A stretch of DNA of 64,000 nucleotides, from IMG/VR virus record IMGVR_UViG_3300010158_000028, positions 32,001-96,000 of that record. One strand, written 5' to 3'. The notes beneath the pieces are model-generated. The model had not been told where the DNA came from, did no database searches, and saw nothing but the letters and a program-made list of their open reading frames with translations. Positions 47,312 through 57,478 of the stretch are shown piece after piece. Position numbers and translations under genes: made by a program. The stretch is from a virus. How positions within the stretch are numbered: the stretch's first letter is position 1; each line of letters opens with the position of its first letter.

Positions 47312-48643
47312 TTATTGATTGCCATTAGTCCAAAGGTAATTGCTCTTGTTTATTACCAATCCAGAACTTAAAGTTTCAGCAACACTATCTGGTATAGTTG
47401 TCATAGTATTTGGTATAGTTGTCATAGTATTAGGTATTCCGGCAGGAGTTTGTTGAGCCGAATTCACTGCATTTGACATCTCTTCAGCCAAACTACTTTC
47501 AGGCACAACTGTTTCAATAGTAGGTTTTGCATCTTCATCAATCTTAGTATATAAATCTAAGAATGATCTTTTTGTATCTTCATCAAAACGATTCAAGCAT
47601 AATTCAATTGCCTTCATCTTATCATTAAAGACACCAAACGATTTAACAATATGTACCAAACGGCGAGTAGAGATAACTTCATCAGCACCACCTTCGGCAA
47701 ATGTTTTACGAATAATATCTGCCCATGTTACCAATTTATCTACAAATTCATTATCATCTTTACCAACAGATGACATTTCCTTAACTAAAATTTTCTTCTC
47801 TACTGAAACAGATGGCCACTCTTGTTCGATTGTAATCAAGAATCGTTCTAAAAATGCCTCATTCAATACATTAGTAAACATATAACGACCATCTTCAGAA
47901 CCTTTACCTTTAGTATTTGCAGTAGCAATTACAGTAAAACCTTCTGCAGGTGTTACTACTTCATTTTTCTTTTTCAATAAGAATGGTTTGCCTTCAAATA
48001 CACGCTGTAAACATGATAGATTAGCTGCACCATAATCAATCTCATCAATACACAAGACTGCACCTTGTCGTGCCGCAACTGTTACTGGACCATCACGCCA
48101 TTCCATCTGTCCATTAATCAATACATAGTTACCTAACAAATCACTTTCATCGGTTTCTGGTGTCATTGAAATACAAACAAACTTGCGACCAATCTTGGCA
48201 CATGCCTGTTCTGCCGACATTGTTTTACCATTACCCGATTGACCAGTAATCAATAACGGAAAGAATTGATTGGAACTTACAATATTTAATAAATCATTGA
48301 AGTGACCAAATGGTACAAAATTCTTATAAATTGAAGGTACTAAATTATTACTTTCCAAATCGGTAATAACATTAGTAATCCGATTGCCTTGTTTAACTTC
48401 TGTTACTGGTTCTTTTTTCATATTAACGACCTGTGCGACCATTTGCACTGTAGAATTATCGGTTGGTATTTTATATAGTCCACGCCCGATACGATAATCA
48501 TTACCTTTAATTAACCATTGTGGGAATTTGATATCGTTTTTTTGGCAAATCTCATGTATTTCAGGATGCGTTAATGCGGTCTTACCTGTTGCTAATGCCA
48601 ACTTAACAAACTTCTCACGTGCCTCAATTTTAATCTTACTCAT
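47312..48643 (-). CDS. CobS/MoxR-like AAA+ ATPase
   Basis: GQSGNGKT, ETDE.DL.G, GPV, DEID, ATANTKG.G, LNEAFLERF, ISTRRL. Confidence 0.88.
   Translation of the reverse strand: MSKIKIEAREKFVKLALATGKTALTHPEIHEICQKNDIKFPQWLIKGNDYRIGRGLYKIPTDNSTVQMVAQVVNMKKEPVTEVKQGNRITNVITDLESNNLVPSIYKNFVPFGHFNDLLNIVSSNQFFPLLITGQSGNGKTMSAEQACAKIGRKFVCISMTPETDESDLLGNYVLINGQMEWRDGPVTVAARQGAVLCIDEIDYGAANLSCLQRVFEGKPFLLKKKNEVVTPAEGFTVIATANTKGKGSEDGRYMFTNVLNEAFLERFLITIEQEWPSVSVEKKILVKEMSSVGKDDNEFVDKLVTWADIIRKTFAEGGADEVISTRRLVHIVKSFGVFNDKMKAIELCLNRFDEDTKRSFLDLYTKIDEDAKPTIETVVPESSLAEEMSNAVNSAQQTPAGIPNTMTTIPNTMTTIPDSVAETLSSGLVINKSNYLWTNGNQ
47390..47437. repeat. 21-bp in-frame tandem repeat (about 2.3 copies)
   Basis: tggtatagttgtcatagtatt twice, encoding IPNTMTT twice. 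Confidence 0.85.
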
Positions 48644-48675
48644 AATGTAAACTCCTTATCATTTAATATACAACT

Positions 48676-48704
48676 ATTATACTACGAATGATACCCAATG
48701 TCAA
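48676..48704 (-). promoter_or_regulatory. Sigma70 consensus promoter
   Basis: TTGACA-17-TATAAT. Confidence 0.85.
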
Positions 48705-48733
48705 CCACTATTTTTACCATAAAAATCAACAAC

Positions 48734-50962
48734 TTATGCAGCGATTCTCTCAATAAACCGTGTTGCCAAGACTCTATTAGACTGTTTTGCCTTATTTAAC
48801 TTAGAAAATGCAGTCTTTAACTTACCGGCAGTAAAATCACCCTCAACTTTTAATTCTTCATTACCAATCAAAGCATCATTACCACCACGAATAATATAGA
48901 AAGCATCATAACCAGTATTGTAAGATATAACAAAATTATCTTTTTTCATATCTTTTACTAGTTTATCTAACATTTCTTCACGTTGACGGTATTGTGATTC
49001 TGGATTTAATTTTTTTGCCATATCATCAACATCAAGACCACCTTCATATCTGTAATCACTTAAGAAAAAACTACGACTAGGTTTCTTTGTGATATAGAAT
49101 CCAAAGATTTTAGTATTAGTGGTTTTTGAAAACCAATCAAATATAACAGCACGTAATGAATGATTATTATCCATCTTCTTTTGATATTTTGTTTTCTTAT
49201 CTTGAATAATTACATTTTGTGTAATTGCACAGAATCTTTTAGAACTATCTTCTTGAACATATCTATTAGTCCAATCGGCATCACCATCATGCACAATACA
49301 TAAATTTACTAAATCTAAATTGTGTCTTTTACGAAATTCATTAACTGGATCACGTAATGCAACCATTGATTCTGTTAAAGGTGTATTAGATAATCCTTCA
49401 GATTTTGGAAGAAAATATTCTTTATCATTTTGATATACTTTCTTTAACATCAAAATATTCTTAACACATTTTAAATATTCAGAACTACTCATACTAGAAT
49501 TCAAATATTCACGTAAAAATACTTCTTCAAATGCTATATCATTATCATTTTTAATAAATGATTTTTCTTTACATGATGCATCGTTTAATCTGAAACTATT
49601 ACCAGTATCATACATACGACCAGTAATGTCATTACCAAATCCATATACAACAAATGGAATGTTTACTTTCTTACAGAACATACTTAAAATTAAAATCTGT
49701 TCTAATGATGCTGCCATATTATAACTCATACTACCAGAACGGTCTAATAATAATACTAAACCATGTGATTTACCTTTAGGCAATTGCATCATCTTACGGA
49801 AAATATTATCATCTAATTTGTATTTGTAGATACTGTTAATATCAATATCACCAGTATTAGATATTTTCTTTTTAGCAAATGATTTGGCAGCTTTACGCAT
49901 TTCAAATTCTTTTGCTAACAATGAGATATATCGGTCATTCTTATTCTTGAATTCTCTCAATTCAGTCTCAGGATTATAATTAAGAGGTTCAAAAACTTTT
50001 GGTGTTAAGAATTCATGAACACGTTTTGCTGATGTAAAGATACCTTTAGGATTTGCAGTAGGAATATTCACATAGATATATTCTTTACATTTTTCATCTA
50101 ATAATGATGCTTCATTATTGCGAAAGTTTTGGTCAGTTTCACATATAGGTTCAAAATCGGGATCATATTGGTCTGCCATTGAACCTTTAGATTCTTTGAA
50201 ACGATTAGGTGTATTGCCATCTTCTTCGCTTTCACCATCTTCTTCAGATTGTTCATTAGAAGGTATTGTAGTAGTTCTTTCTTTACCATCTTCAACATCA
50301 TCAAATTCTAGATCATCTGAAAAATCAGAATCAAATCCTTCATGACTACCAAATTCATTGGTAAAATTACTAAAAGTATTTTCTTGTTTATCTTGTTGTT
50401 CTTTTTTAGAATAACCAAATAATTCTTCAGCAACACGGACAACATCTTCCCATGTTTCACACTTTTCTACTTTATTTAATAATTCAGTTTCAGTTTCAGT
50501 AAAAGTAATACCCAAAAATGTACCACCTTTTGTATAAAGATTAATCTTATCAATAAAAGGTAATGTATTAACATCTTGATTTTTAATACCAAAAAAATCT
50601 TTATCAATTAATTGTTTATAAGCATTGATAAATGATTTTTTAAGACCAGGATAACGCCGTTTGATTTTCTTTTCAATACGAGCATCTTCAACAACATTCA
50701 AAAATGTTTTAAAGTTTTTAGATTGACTCTCAATAATTGCATCATGCCAACCTTCTTCAGGTGTTTCCAATGCATGACCAACTTCATGACCCATCAATAA
50801 ATCATAAAGATCACCACTCATATCAGTCCAAATAGGACAATTCAATACACGGGTTTTCAGATTAAACGATGCAGTTTGAATTTTAGCATGTTGAACCGTG
50901 ATGTTTTCAGTGGCAAGTAACTTTGCTAATTGTGATTTTGATTCGGTAGAATAGTTTTCCAT
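48734..50962 (-). CDS. CobT-like metallopeptidase-motif plus VWA domain protein
   Basis: HEVGH, N.VED.RIE, acidic linker, MIDAS DRSGSM, TPL, DG. Confidence 0.82.
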   Translation of the reverse strand: MENYSTESKSQLAKLLATENITVQHAKIQTASFNLKTRVLNCPIWTDMSGDLYDLLMGHEVGHALETPEEGWHDAIIESQSKNFKTFLNVVEDARIEKKIKRRYPGLKKSFINAYKQLIDKDFFGIKNQDVNTLPFIDKINLYTKGGTFLGITFTETETELLNKVEKCETWEDVVRVAEELFGYSKKEQQDKQENTFSNFTNEFGSHEGFDSDFSDDLEFDDVEDGKERTTTIPSNEQSEEDGESEEDGNTPNRFKESKGSMADQYDPDFEPICETDQNFRNNEASLLDEKCKEYIYVNIPTANPKGIFTSAKRVHEFLTPKVFEPLNYNPETELREFKNKNDRYISLLAKEFEMRKAAKSFAKKKISNTGDIDINSIYKYKLDDNIFRKMMQLPKGKSHGLVLLLDRSGSMSYNMAASLEQILILSMFCKKVNIPFVVYGFGNDITGRMYDTGNSFRLNDASCKEKSFIKNDNDIAFEEVFLREYLNSSMSSSEYLKCVKNILMLKKVYQNDKEYFLPKSEGLSNTPLTESMVALRDPVNEFRKRHNLDLVNLCIVHDGDADWTNRYVQEDSSKRFCAITQNVIIQDKKTKYQKKMDNNHSLRAVIFDWFSKTTNTKIFGFYITKKPSRSFFLSDYRYEGGLDVDDMAKKLNPESQYRQREEMLDKLVKDMKKDNFVISYNTGYDAFYIIRGGNDALIGNEELKVEGDFTAGKLKTAFSKLNKAKQSNRVLATRFIERIAA

Positions 50963-50988
50963 ATGACTCTCTCTATTAATATACAATC

Positions 50989-51016
50989 ATTATACACTAA
51001 CCGAATCAAATGTCAA
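50989..51016 (-). promoter_or_regulatory. Sigma70 promoter
   Basis: TTGACA-16-TATAAT. Confidence 0.75.
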
Positions 51017-51036
51017 GCGTTTTATAAGTTATTGAT

Positions 51037-51864
51037 TTAAAAGAACTTTTCCAATCCAGAACTTTTCTTCCAATAGTTTGGCCTATTGTTCCAGCATGAT
51101 GTATGCACTTTTTCATACCCATAAACTCGCAAAGTTTCATTAAATAACCGACTCATATCTTTACCAGTATATGTTATGTTCTTATAGTAATACTCATTAA
51201 AGTGACCGATAGCTCTGGCAGTAAATGCGTTTGCTATCAAAAAGTATTTAGGATCACAATGTTTAATAATATCTAACAGATGTTCAATTGGTCTTTGGAA
51301 ATGTTCAAAGTATTCGGATGCAAATATTAGATCGGCTTTTGTATTGGTGTAATCTTGTATTATTGAAAAGTCATATTGATTACCTAATTCTGTTGCCATC
51401 TTATATTGACTACTTCCTTCGATGTTTGTTCCATATACTTTACATTCAGGAAAAGTCTCTTTAAATCCAACAGTTGTATATCCAAAACCACAACCTAAAT
51501 CCATTATAGTAGATATTCCTCTAATATCATCTACTATACTTTTATCAAATAAAGAATCTTTCTTACTGATATCTTTTATATATCTTCTGGAATATTTTAC
51601 CCAACACAACCAAACTTCACAAAAATAATAAGGACTTGAATAAACAGAATATGCAGGATCATTTGTTTCAAGAGAATCATACCAAATTTTTTGTAAATCT
51701 AACATCTCTTGAATATCTGGATCATTAACTTCTGCACCATCGTGTTTTTTTATAAAGTTTAAAGTAATATTATATGCACGATTAATATCAATCTCTGCAT
51801 ACTTTGCACAGTTTTGTAGATATGTATTTAATGAACTCTTTGATATCTCATTAAGAATACTCAT
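51037..51864 (-). CDS. Class I SAM-dependent methyltransferase
   Basis: MDLGCGFG; DLIFASEYFEH..RP..HL. Confidence 0.8.
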   Translation of the reverse strand: MSILNEISKSSLNTYLQNCAKYAEIDINRAYNITLNFIKKHDGAEVNDPDIQEMLDLQKIWYDSLETNDPAYSVYSSPYYFCEVWLCWVKYSRRYIKDISKKDSLFDKSIVDDIRGISTIMDLGCGFGYTTVGFKETFPECKVYGTNIEGSSQYKMATELGNQYDFSIIQDYTNTKADLIFASEYFEHFQRPIEHLLDIIKHCDPKYFLIANAFTARAIGHFNEYYYKNITYTGKDMSRLFNETLRVYGYEKVHTSCWNNRPNYWKKSSGLEKFF

Positions 51865-52697
51865 GGTTTATAATTCTTTATTAATTTCATACCGTAGTTG
51901 TTTACTTTATCTTGTAATTCAATACCATGTTTAAATCTTAATTTGTTTTTCTTGAATGGATTGTAATCAACAAAATGATGCCAACGATCAAATCTCCAAA
52001 CTAATTTTGTAACATCTGGATGCATATCAACAAGCATCTGTGATTTCTTTAGTGTACCTTCTTTGGCATAAAACTCTTCAGTATTACCACCACCTAATGT
52101 TTGTGTTGCGGCTTTACCTTGTAGAAAAGCATTGAACTGAACTGTGCAATCACCATCTTTCAATACACGTAAACAAATATCAGTATCTTCATTATATCTA
52201 CCACGCCATCTATGTTTACATTCATTATCAATTAACAATACAGAATAAATTCTGGTATTTGTAACGAATGGTGGATATTTAGAATTTGGTGCTATAAAAA
52301 ATCTATATTGAAAGCCTGAGATAGGAACATTCTCATATCTATCAACAAAATCTTCTGCAGCTTTAAATATGGCACCAGTCTCTACACGAACTCGTTCATT
52401 TTTCTGCAAACGATAAAAATCTGATATATTATCATCTAATACCCAATGTCTCTTTGCACCCAATTTAATTGCATGATCCCAACACCAATTTCTAGCACGA
52501 CCAGGACCATCACCATGATTACTGAATGGCAATACTAATACTTTTGCCGGATCAATCACTGCACAATATGCATCATAGTCTTGTGGTTCAACTGCAATGT
52601 AATATGGAACTTTCATCCGTTCTAATGACCTGCTTGTCAGTCTACTATCGGCTCTTCCTTTAGAAACAATATAGACTGGATAACTCGGATTATGCAT
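51861..52697 (-). CDS. GREB1/TET-associated glycosyltransferase (TAGT)-like
   Basis: YIVSKGRA, VEP.D...Y, G...ARN, WVLDDNI, WRG.YNED.D. Confidence 0.75.
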   Translation of the reverse strand: MHNPSYPVYIVSKGRADSRLTSRSLERMKVPYYIAVEPQDYDAYCAVIDPAKVLVLPFSNHGDGPGRARNWCWDHAIKLGAKRHWVLDDNISDFYRLQKNERVRVETGAIFKAAEDFVDRYENVPISGFQYRFFIAPNSKYPPFVTNTRIYSVLLIDNECKHRWRGRYNEDTDICLRVLKDGDCTVQFNAFLQGKAATQTLGGGNTEEFYAKEGTLKKSQMLVDMHPDVTKLVWRFDRWHHFVDYNPFKKNKLRFKHGIELQDKVNNYGMKLIKNYKP

Positions 52698-52702
52698 ATC
52701 AA

Positions 52703-53059
52703 TTACTCCTCAATCCATCTCTTTAATGAATTAGCATCTCTATCTAATTTAGGATACCATATACTTTTAGTTTTCTCTGATAGATTTTGTTCAACCAATT
52801 TAGCAAATTCTTTATAATCTTCTTCATCTCTAAAGTGTAGATAGATTGTTTTGTATGGTGGATTATTATCTTGGTCAAATTCCGGCATACCTTTCCAGTG
52901 TTTTTTCCATGAATTGGGATTCTCATATACTTGTTCAACTGTAGTCTCTTCTTCTAGACCTAAAATACCAGTAACACCTTTTGATACATTACTCTTACCA
53001 ATAAAATTATCATACTCACCAGATTCTTCAACTTCTACTTTTAATTCATTCTCACTCAT
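52703..53059 (-). CDS. Acidic partner protein of the TAGT-like glycosyltransferase
   Basis: W.GMPEF.Q...HF....D...F...V.Q....KTKSIWYP. Confidence 0.55.
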   Translation of the reverse strand: MSENELKVEVEESGEYDNFIGKSNVSKGVTGILGLEEETTVEQVYENPNSWKKHWKGMPEFDQDNNPPYKTIYLHFRDEEDYKEFAKLVEQNLSEKTKSIWYPKLDRDANSLKRWIEE

Positions 53060-53637
53060 AACATTTTCTCCATCTTCTTAAACTTTCGGATCAATTTCTT
53101 TTGTTTATCTTGTGCCATCTTTAATGCCAATGAACCAACATGTTTAGTAAACAACATACCTTCCATGTGATCCATTTCATGTTGGAAACATTGAGCAGTA
53201 ACACCATCAAAATCTACTGACTTTTGCTCACCCAATTCTGTATAGTATACTACTTTTATTGATTCGTGTCTAGCAACATTTAAAGTTAAACCAGGAAAAC
53301 TTAAACATCCTTCTCTCATTCTATTAACTTTACCAGTTTCAACAATTTTTGGGTTAATGCAAACTATCTGGAAATTTTCATTACCAATAATAAAAACTCT
53401 TTCTTTAATACCACATTGATTGGCAGAAATACCGATACCACCATATAGTTTCATTGTCATCTTCAATCGTTTAATTAAAGTGGACATATAATGATTTGGT
53501 AATGATGTTTCATCATATTCCGGTATCGGTGCATTTAATACTTTATGTGCGGTATCAACTAATGGTAATGGAAGAATCTCTTCTTCTTTTTGTGTTTGTA
53601 TTCCTGAACCAGTATCAATCGTTAAAAATTCACTCAT
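53056..53637 (-). CDS. def: Peptide deformylase
   Basis: GIGISANQ, EGCLS, QHEMDH. Confidence 0.95.
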   Translation of the reverse strand: MSEFLTIDTGSGIQTQKEEEILPLPLVDTAHKVLNAPIPEYDETSLPNHYMSTLIKRLKMTMKLYGGIGISANQCGIKERVFIIGNENFQIVCINPKIVETGKVNRMREGCLSFPGLTLNVARHESIKVVYYTELGEQKSVDFDGVTAQCFQHEMDHMEGMLFTKHVGSLALKMAQDKQKKLIRKFKKMEKML

Positions 53638-55346
53638 TTTGCTATCCTTGAAAAATTATTTACCTTCTCAAATTTAATTACTGACCTAAACTTATCTTGT
53701 AATATATCGCCTTTATGACTGATTACAAATAAATTTACATCTTCTAACATATGTAGGATGTTCATTAAATACTCTGTGCCATTTGCATCTAAACTAGAAT
53801 CAAATATTTCATCTAATATTAACAGATTAGTATTTGCAGAATTCTTTAACTTTGCAATTGTTCTCCATGTTAACATCAATGCCATATCAATTCTTTGTTT
53901 CTCACCTTCACTAAATGATTCATAACTAAATGCATCACGGTGTCTTGATTTAATTGTTTCTTTGAATGATTCATCTAAATTAAAATTAACAAAGAAGTCA
54001 AATGTGGCAAGATGTTTGTTTACAACTTTATTAATAACGGGTAGATATTGTTTGATAATTTTAGTTTTAATACCAGTATCTTTTAGTAGACCTGAAGCGG
54101 CTTCATAATATGTTTTTTCATCAATCAATTCTTTCTTCTTTTGTAGAATTATTTCTAATTCATTATTCAATTCATTTAACTTAGTATTCTCTGCATCCAA
54201 ATTATCATGATTAATTTTCAATGATTCAATCTGTGATTTTAGTTTTGCAATATACTTGTTTGTTTCTGTAATAGAAGTTGTGTTGGTGGCATTATTAATT
54301 TGTAATTTCTGTATTTCTTTTTGTTTTACTGTAATCTCATTTAGTCGTTCTTGTTCTGCCAATAGTTTTTCTTCTAATACTTTCAATCCAGATTCTATTT
54401 CGGTAACTCTATCATTATTCTCTTTGATTTGTTGTTCTTTAAACCCCAAGGCAATTTCTTGCTTACAGGTTGGACAATTATCATTCTGTTCAAAGAAACT
54501 GATATCAGTCTTATATTTGGATAAGTTGTTCTCAATCTGCGATTCAATTTTAGTAAATTTCTTGAGTCTAGTCTCGACTTCAATTTTGTTTTCCACGTCG
54601 GTTTGTAATATGTTGATTGAGTTGGATGTTTGTTGTATTTTTTCTTGTAACTCAAGTATGTCAGTATTATACAATTTGATTTGATTATCATATTCTTCTA
54701 CCTTCTCATCATTAGTTTTTTGTATACTCTTAATATGAGTATTCTGGATTTCAATCTTTGCTTCTACAATTTGTAACTTAGAATTGTTTTCAACAACATG
54801 ATCTTTGTTACCAGACATCTTCTCTTTCAATACAGTATTCATTGTAGAAAAGATTTGTATGTCTAGTAAATCTTCAATGATAGACCTACGATCAGATGCA
54901 GATAACTGCATGAATGGCACGAATGATGCAGAACCTAATATAACAATCTGTGTAAATGATTTATAATTTAATTTTAGAATAAACTTCTCTAAGTATTCTT
55001 GATAATCTCTACTTGCGGCATCCTGATTCAGTAAATCGCCATCTTGATATATTTCAAAGATGTTAGGTTTTATGCCACGAATAATTTTATATTTTTTATT
55101 ACCAATATCAAATTCACATTCAGTAACACAATCTTTTTGATTGATGGCATTAATCAGTTGTGGTTTGTTAATACTTCTAAATGCTTTACCAAATAGAGTA
55201 AAACACAATGCATCAAGCATCGTGGATTTACCCGCACCATTAGAACCAATAATTAATGTATTAGACGATCTTTGAAAATCAATCTCGGTATAATAATTAC
55301 CAGTGCTAATAAAGTTCTTATATCTAACTTTTTTAAATACAATCAT
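53634..55346 (-). CDS. 46: Rad50/SbcC-like recombination ATPase (gp46)
   Basis: G.NGAGKST, CPTC zinc hook, FSEGEK, LDE.FD, ISH. Confidence 0.96.
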   Translation of the reverse strand: MIVFKKVRYKNFISTGNYYTEIDFQRSSNTLIIGSNGAGKSTMLDALCFTLFGKAFRSINKPQLINAINQKDCVTECEFDIGNKKYKIIRGIKPNIFEIYQDGDLLNQDAASRDYQEYLEKFILKLNYKSFTQIVILGSASFVPFMQLSASDRRSIIEDLLDIQIFSTMNTVLKEKMSGNKDHVVENNSKLQIVEAKIEIQNTHIKSIQKTNDEKVEEYDNQIKLYNTDILELQEKIQQTSNSINILQTDVENKIEVETRLKKFTKIESQIENNLSKYKTDISFFEQNDNCPTCKQEIALGFKEQQIKENNDRVTEIESGLKVLEEKLLAEQERLNEITVKQKEIQKLQINNATNTTSITETNKYIAKLKSQIESLKINHDNLDAENTKLNELNNELEIILQKKKELIDEKTYYEAASGLLKDTGIKTKIIKQYLPVINKVVNKHLATFDFFVNFNLDESFKETIKSRHRDAFSYESFSEGEKQRIDMALMLTWRTIAKLKNSANTNLLILDEIFDSSLDANGTEYLMNILHMLEDVNLFVISHKGDILQDKFRSVIKFEKVNNFSRIAK

Positions 55347-56416
55347 TAATCAACTCTCTCTACATTTACCGCTTCAACGTATAGTTCTTTCATTAGACCT
55401 TTAAGTATATCAGGTTTTACATTCAATGTCAACCCATCAATATACTTATTTAAGATAGTCATAGTATCTTCCGCTTGATTTACCAATTCTTCATCATCGG
55501 TAACTGAATTATCGGTAAAATCTTCAACTATACCTATATCAGCAACACCAGTTTTATATAAGTTATCCATCACACTATCAAACAGATATGGATTTTGTTT
55601 GTTGACTACCACAATCTTAACGTAAGTATCTTTCAAATTATCATAATCAAATGCTTTCCAGTATGTAAAGTCTTGGACAGTATCATCATAACTTAATCTA
55701 TGAAACATTTTATATGGATTAGGTATAAATTCTAGTTCTCTTGTGTCTGTATCAAATACATGAAATCCTCTTTGGTCATCATAGTCTGCCCATGTAATTT
55801 CGTATTGATTGCCTAGATATGTTATATTACCATTAGTTGATTTATGATGAAAGTGACCAGATAATACAGTATCAAATCGTTTGAATAGAGAAGAATCTAA
55901 ACCACCTTGACAAACATTACCACGATCCATTTCAAATCCAGATATTTCAAAATGACCAAATACAATTTGACTCTGTGTATTATTTAAAAATTCTAAACTA
56001 CTTTGATAGTTACTTGAATTTATCCATGGTACCAATGCAACATTAATACCATCATATACTCTTTCAACGGGATCAATATACACATTTACATTATTGTAAT
56101 GCTCAAATAATTCATTCATGGCATTGATTTCATTTGTATTCTTGTAAGTAACATCATGATTACCTACAATAACATCCATTTGAATATTGTTCTTTAATAA
56201 TCTATCAAAGAATCTTTTACGCCAAGAATTCAATGTAACATAATTAATAAATTTTCTACGATCAACAACATCACCTAAATGACAAATCTGTGTGATGTTA
56301 TTTTCTTCTAAGTATGGAAAGAATACATTTTCCCAAAACTTAAAAAAGAATTCATTGAATATTGCACTGTCACCTCTTGCACCGGCATGGGTGTCATTTA
56401 TTAGGGCTAACTTCAT
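55346..56416 (-). CDS. 47: Mre11/SbcD-like nuclease (gp47)
   Basis: DTH.G, LGD..D, GNHD, GHFE, SGHFH. Confidence 0.96.
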   Translation of the reverse strand: MKLALINDTHAGARGDSAIFNEFFFKFWENVFFPYLEENNITQICHLGDVVDRRKFINYVTLNSWRKRFFDRLLKNNIQMDVIVGNHDVTYKNTNEINAMNELFEHYNNVNVYIDPVERVYDGINVALVPWINSSNYQSSLEFLNNTQSQIVFGHFEISGFEMDRGNVCQGGLDSSLFKRFDTVLSGHFHHKSTNGNITYLGNQYEITWADYDDQRGFHVFDTDTRELEFIPNPYKMFHRLSYDDTVQDFTYWKAFDYDNLKDTYVKIVVVNKQNPYLFDSVMDNLYKTGVADIGIVEDFTDNSVTDDEELVNQAEDTMTILNKYIDGLTLNVKPDILKGLMKELYVEAVNVERVD

Positions 56417-56846
56417 CAAACTCACCTTTTTTCTGATATTCTATTCTATAAGTTCTGTTACGTAATTCACTACTGCTAAAGTGATGATCTCTCCGATTAA
56501 AATAGATTTCAATACCTCTACCAGCACAGATATCTTTTGCAGTGAATTGTTTTTCTTTATATTCATCACCAATAATTCTAACTGAAATTGGGAATGAACG
56601 GAATATTTCCTCTAAGTCACTTTCATATGTGTATGGTATAATCTGATCAACATATGTAACTGCCTTGAGTTGAATATATCTTTCAACTACACTTTGGATA
56701 GGTTTATTTTTTTCTTTCCGATCAATTGTTGGATCAGTTTGTAATCCAACAATTAAAAAGTCACATTGAGTCTTTGCTTCTTCTAACATCAATATGTGAC
56801 CAGCATGAAGTAAATCAAATGCACTACATGTAAATCCAACTCTCAT
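56394..56846 (-). CDS. Glycerol-3-phosphate cytidylyltransferase-like (TagD family)
   Basis: FDLLHAGH, LIVGLQ.DP, ER, R.H.FSSS.LR. Confidence 0.85.
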   Translation of the reverse strand: MRVGFTCSAFDLLHAGHILMLEEAKTQCDFLIVGLQTDPTIDRKEKNKPIQSVVERYIQLKAVTYVDQIIPYTYESDLEEIFRSFPISVRIIGDEYKEKQFTAKDICAGRGIEIYFNRRDHHFSSSELRNRTYRIEYQKKGEFDEVSPNK

Positions 56847-56856
56847 AATAATCTCC

Positions 56857-57414
56857 TTAAATTTCTGGTAGTTCTTTCACATCCAATTCAATAAAGTTTT
56901 CAATACCTTTAATCTTTACTTTCTTTTTATTCTTTTTAGTTTCTTCAAATGTATGAATGAATTCTGATATGTTATCATACATTTTAAATTGTTGCATATG
57001 CCCATTCTCATCTTCAAACATTTCACCTTCATCTAATAAACCAAACTGTTCTGTTGCTTTGTATTTTACATATAGTTGTTTCTTCTCTTTGGCAATTCTT
57101 CGTAGAAATGCAAAGTAAATAATCTGTGTAAAATAGGCAAATGGATTAGATGATTTGGCAGGATCAAAGTTTCTGAAATACATTATACAATTTTCAATAC
57201 CATCTGCAATCATTTCATCTCTAAATGAATATGATACGAAGTTTGGTTTTCTAGATAGATGTTCTGCAATTTTAATAAAACATTCACCGATATAGTTTGG
57301 TACTATAGGTTCTGGTTTATCATTTTTTTTGGCTTCAACACACTTTTCGGTATAATCGGTTAGTGCTTTTAAGAAGTCGGCATTGTTAATGTAATGTGCT
57401 TTTTTCTTACTCAT
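56857..57414 (-). CDS. 55: Late transcription sigma factor (gp55)
   Basis: HYINN, IGECF.KIA, NF..Y...DEMI.DG.EN, NPFAYFTQI...AFLRRI.KEK. Confidence 0.96.
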   Translation of the reverse strand: MSKKKAHYINNADFLKALTDYTEKCVEAKKNDKPEPIVPNYIGECFIKIAEHLSRKPNFVSYSFRDEMIADGIENCIMYFRNFDPAKSSNPFAYFTQIIYFAFLRRIAKEKKQLYVKYKATEQFGLLDEGEMFEDENGHMQQFKMYDNISEFIHTFEETKKNKKKVKIKGIENFIELDVKELPEI

Positions 57415-57435
57415 AATATTTACCTTATATTTCGC

Positions 57436-57464
57436 TTGACAGGTTAGTGATACATTGTTATAAT
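57436..57464 (+). promoter_or_regulatory. Consensus sigma70 promoter, antisense to the surrounding operon
   Basis: TTGACA-17-TATAAT with extended TG on the plus strand. Confidence 0.75.
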
Positions 57465-57478
57465 GGTTTTGTCGTTCT

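Noticed and set aside
47312-50986. Cobalamin biosynthesis auxiliary genes
   Set aside because: No cobN or other cob genes; better explained as a MoxR/VWA pair
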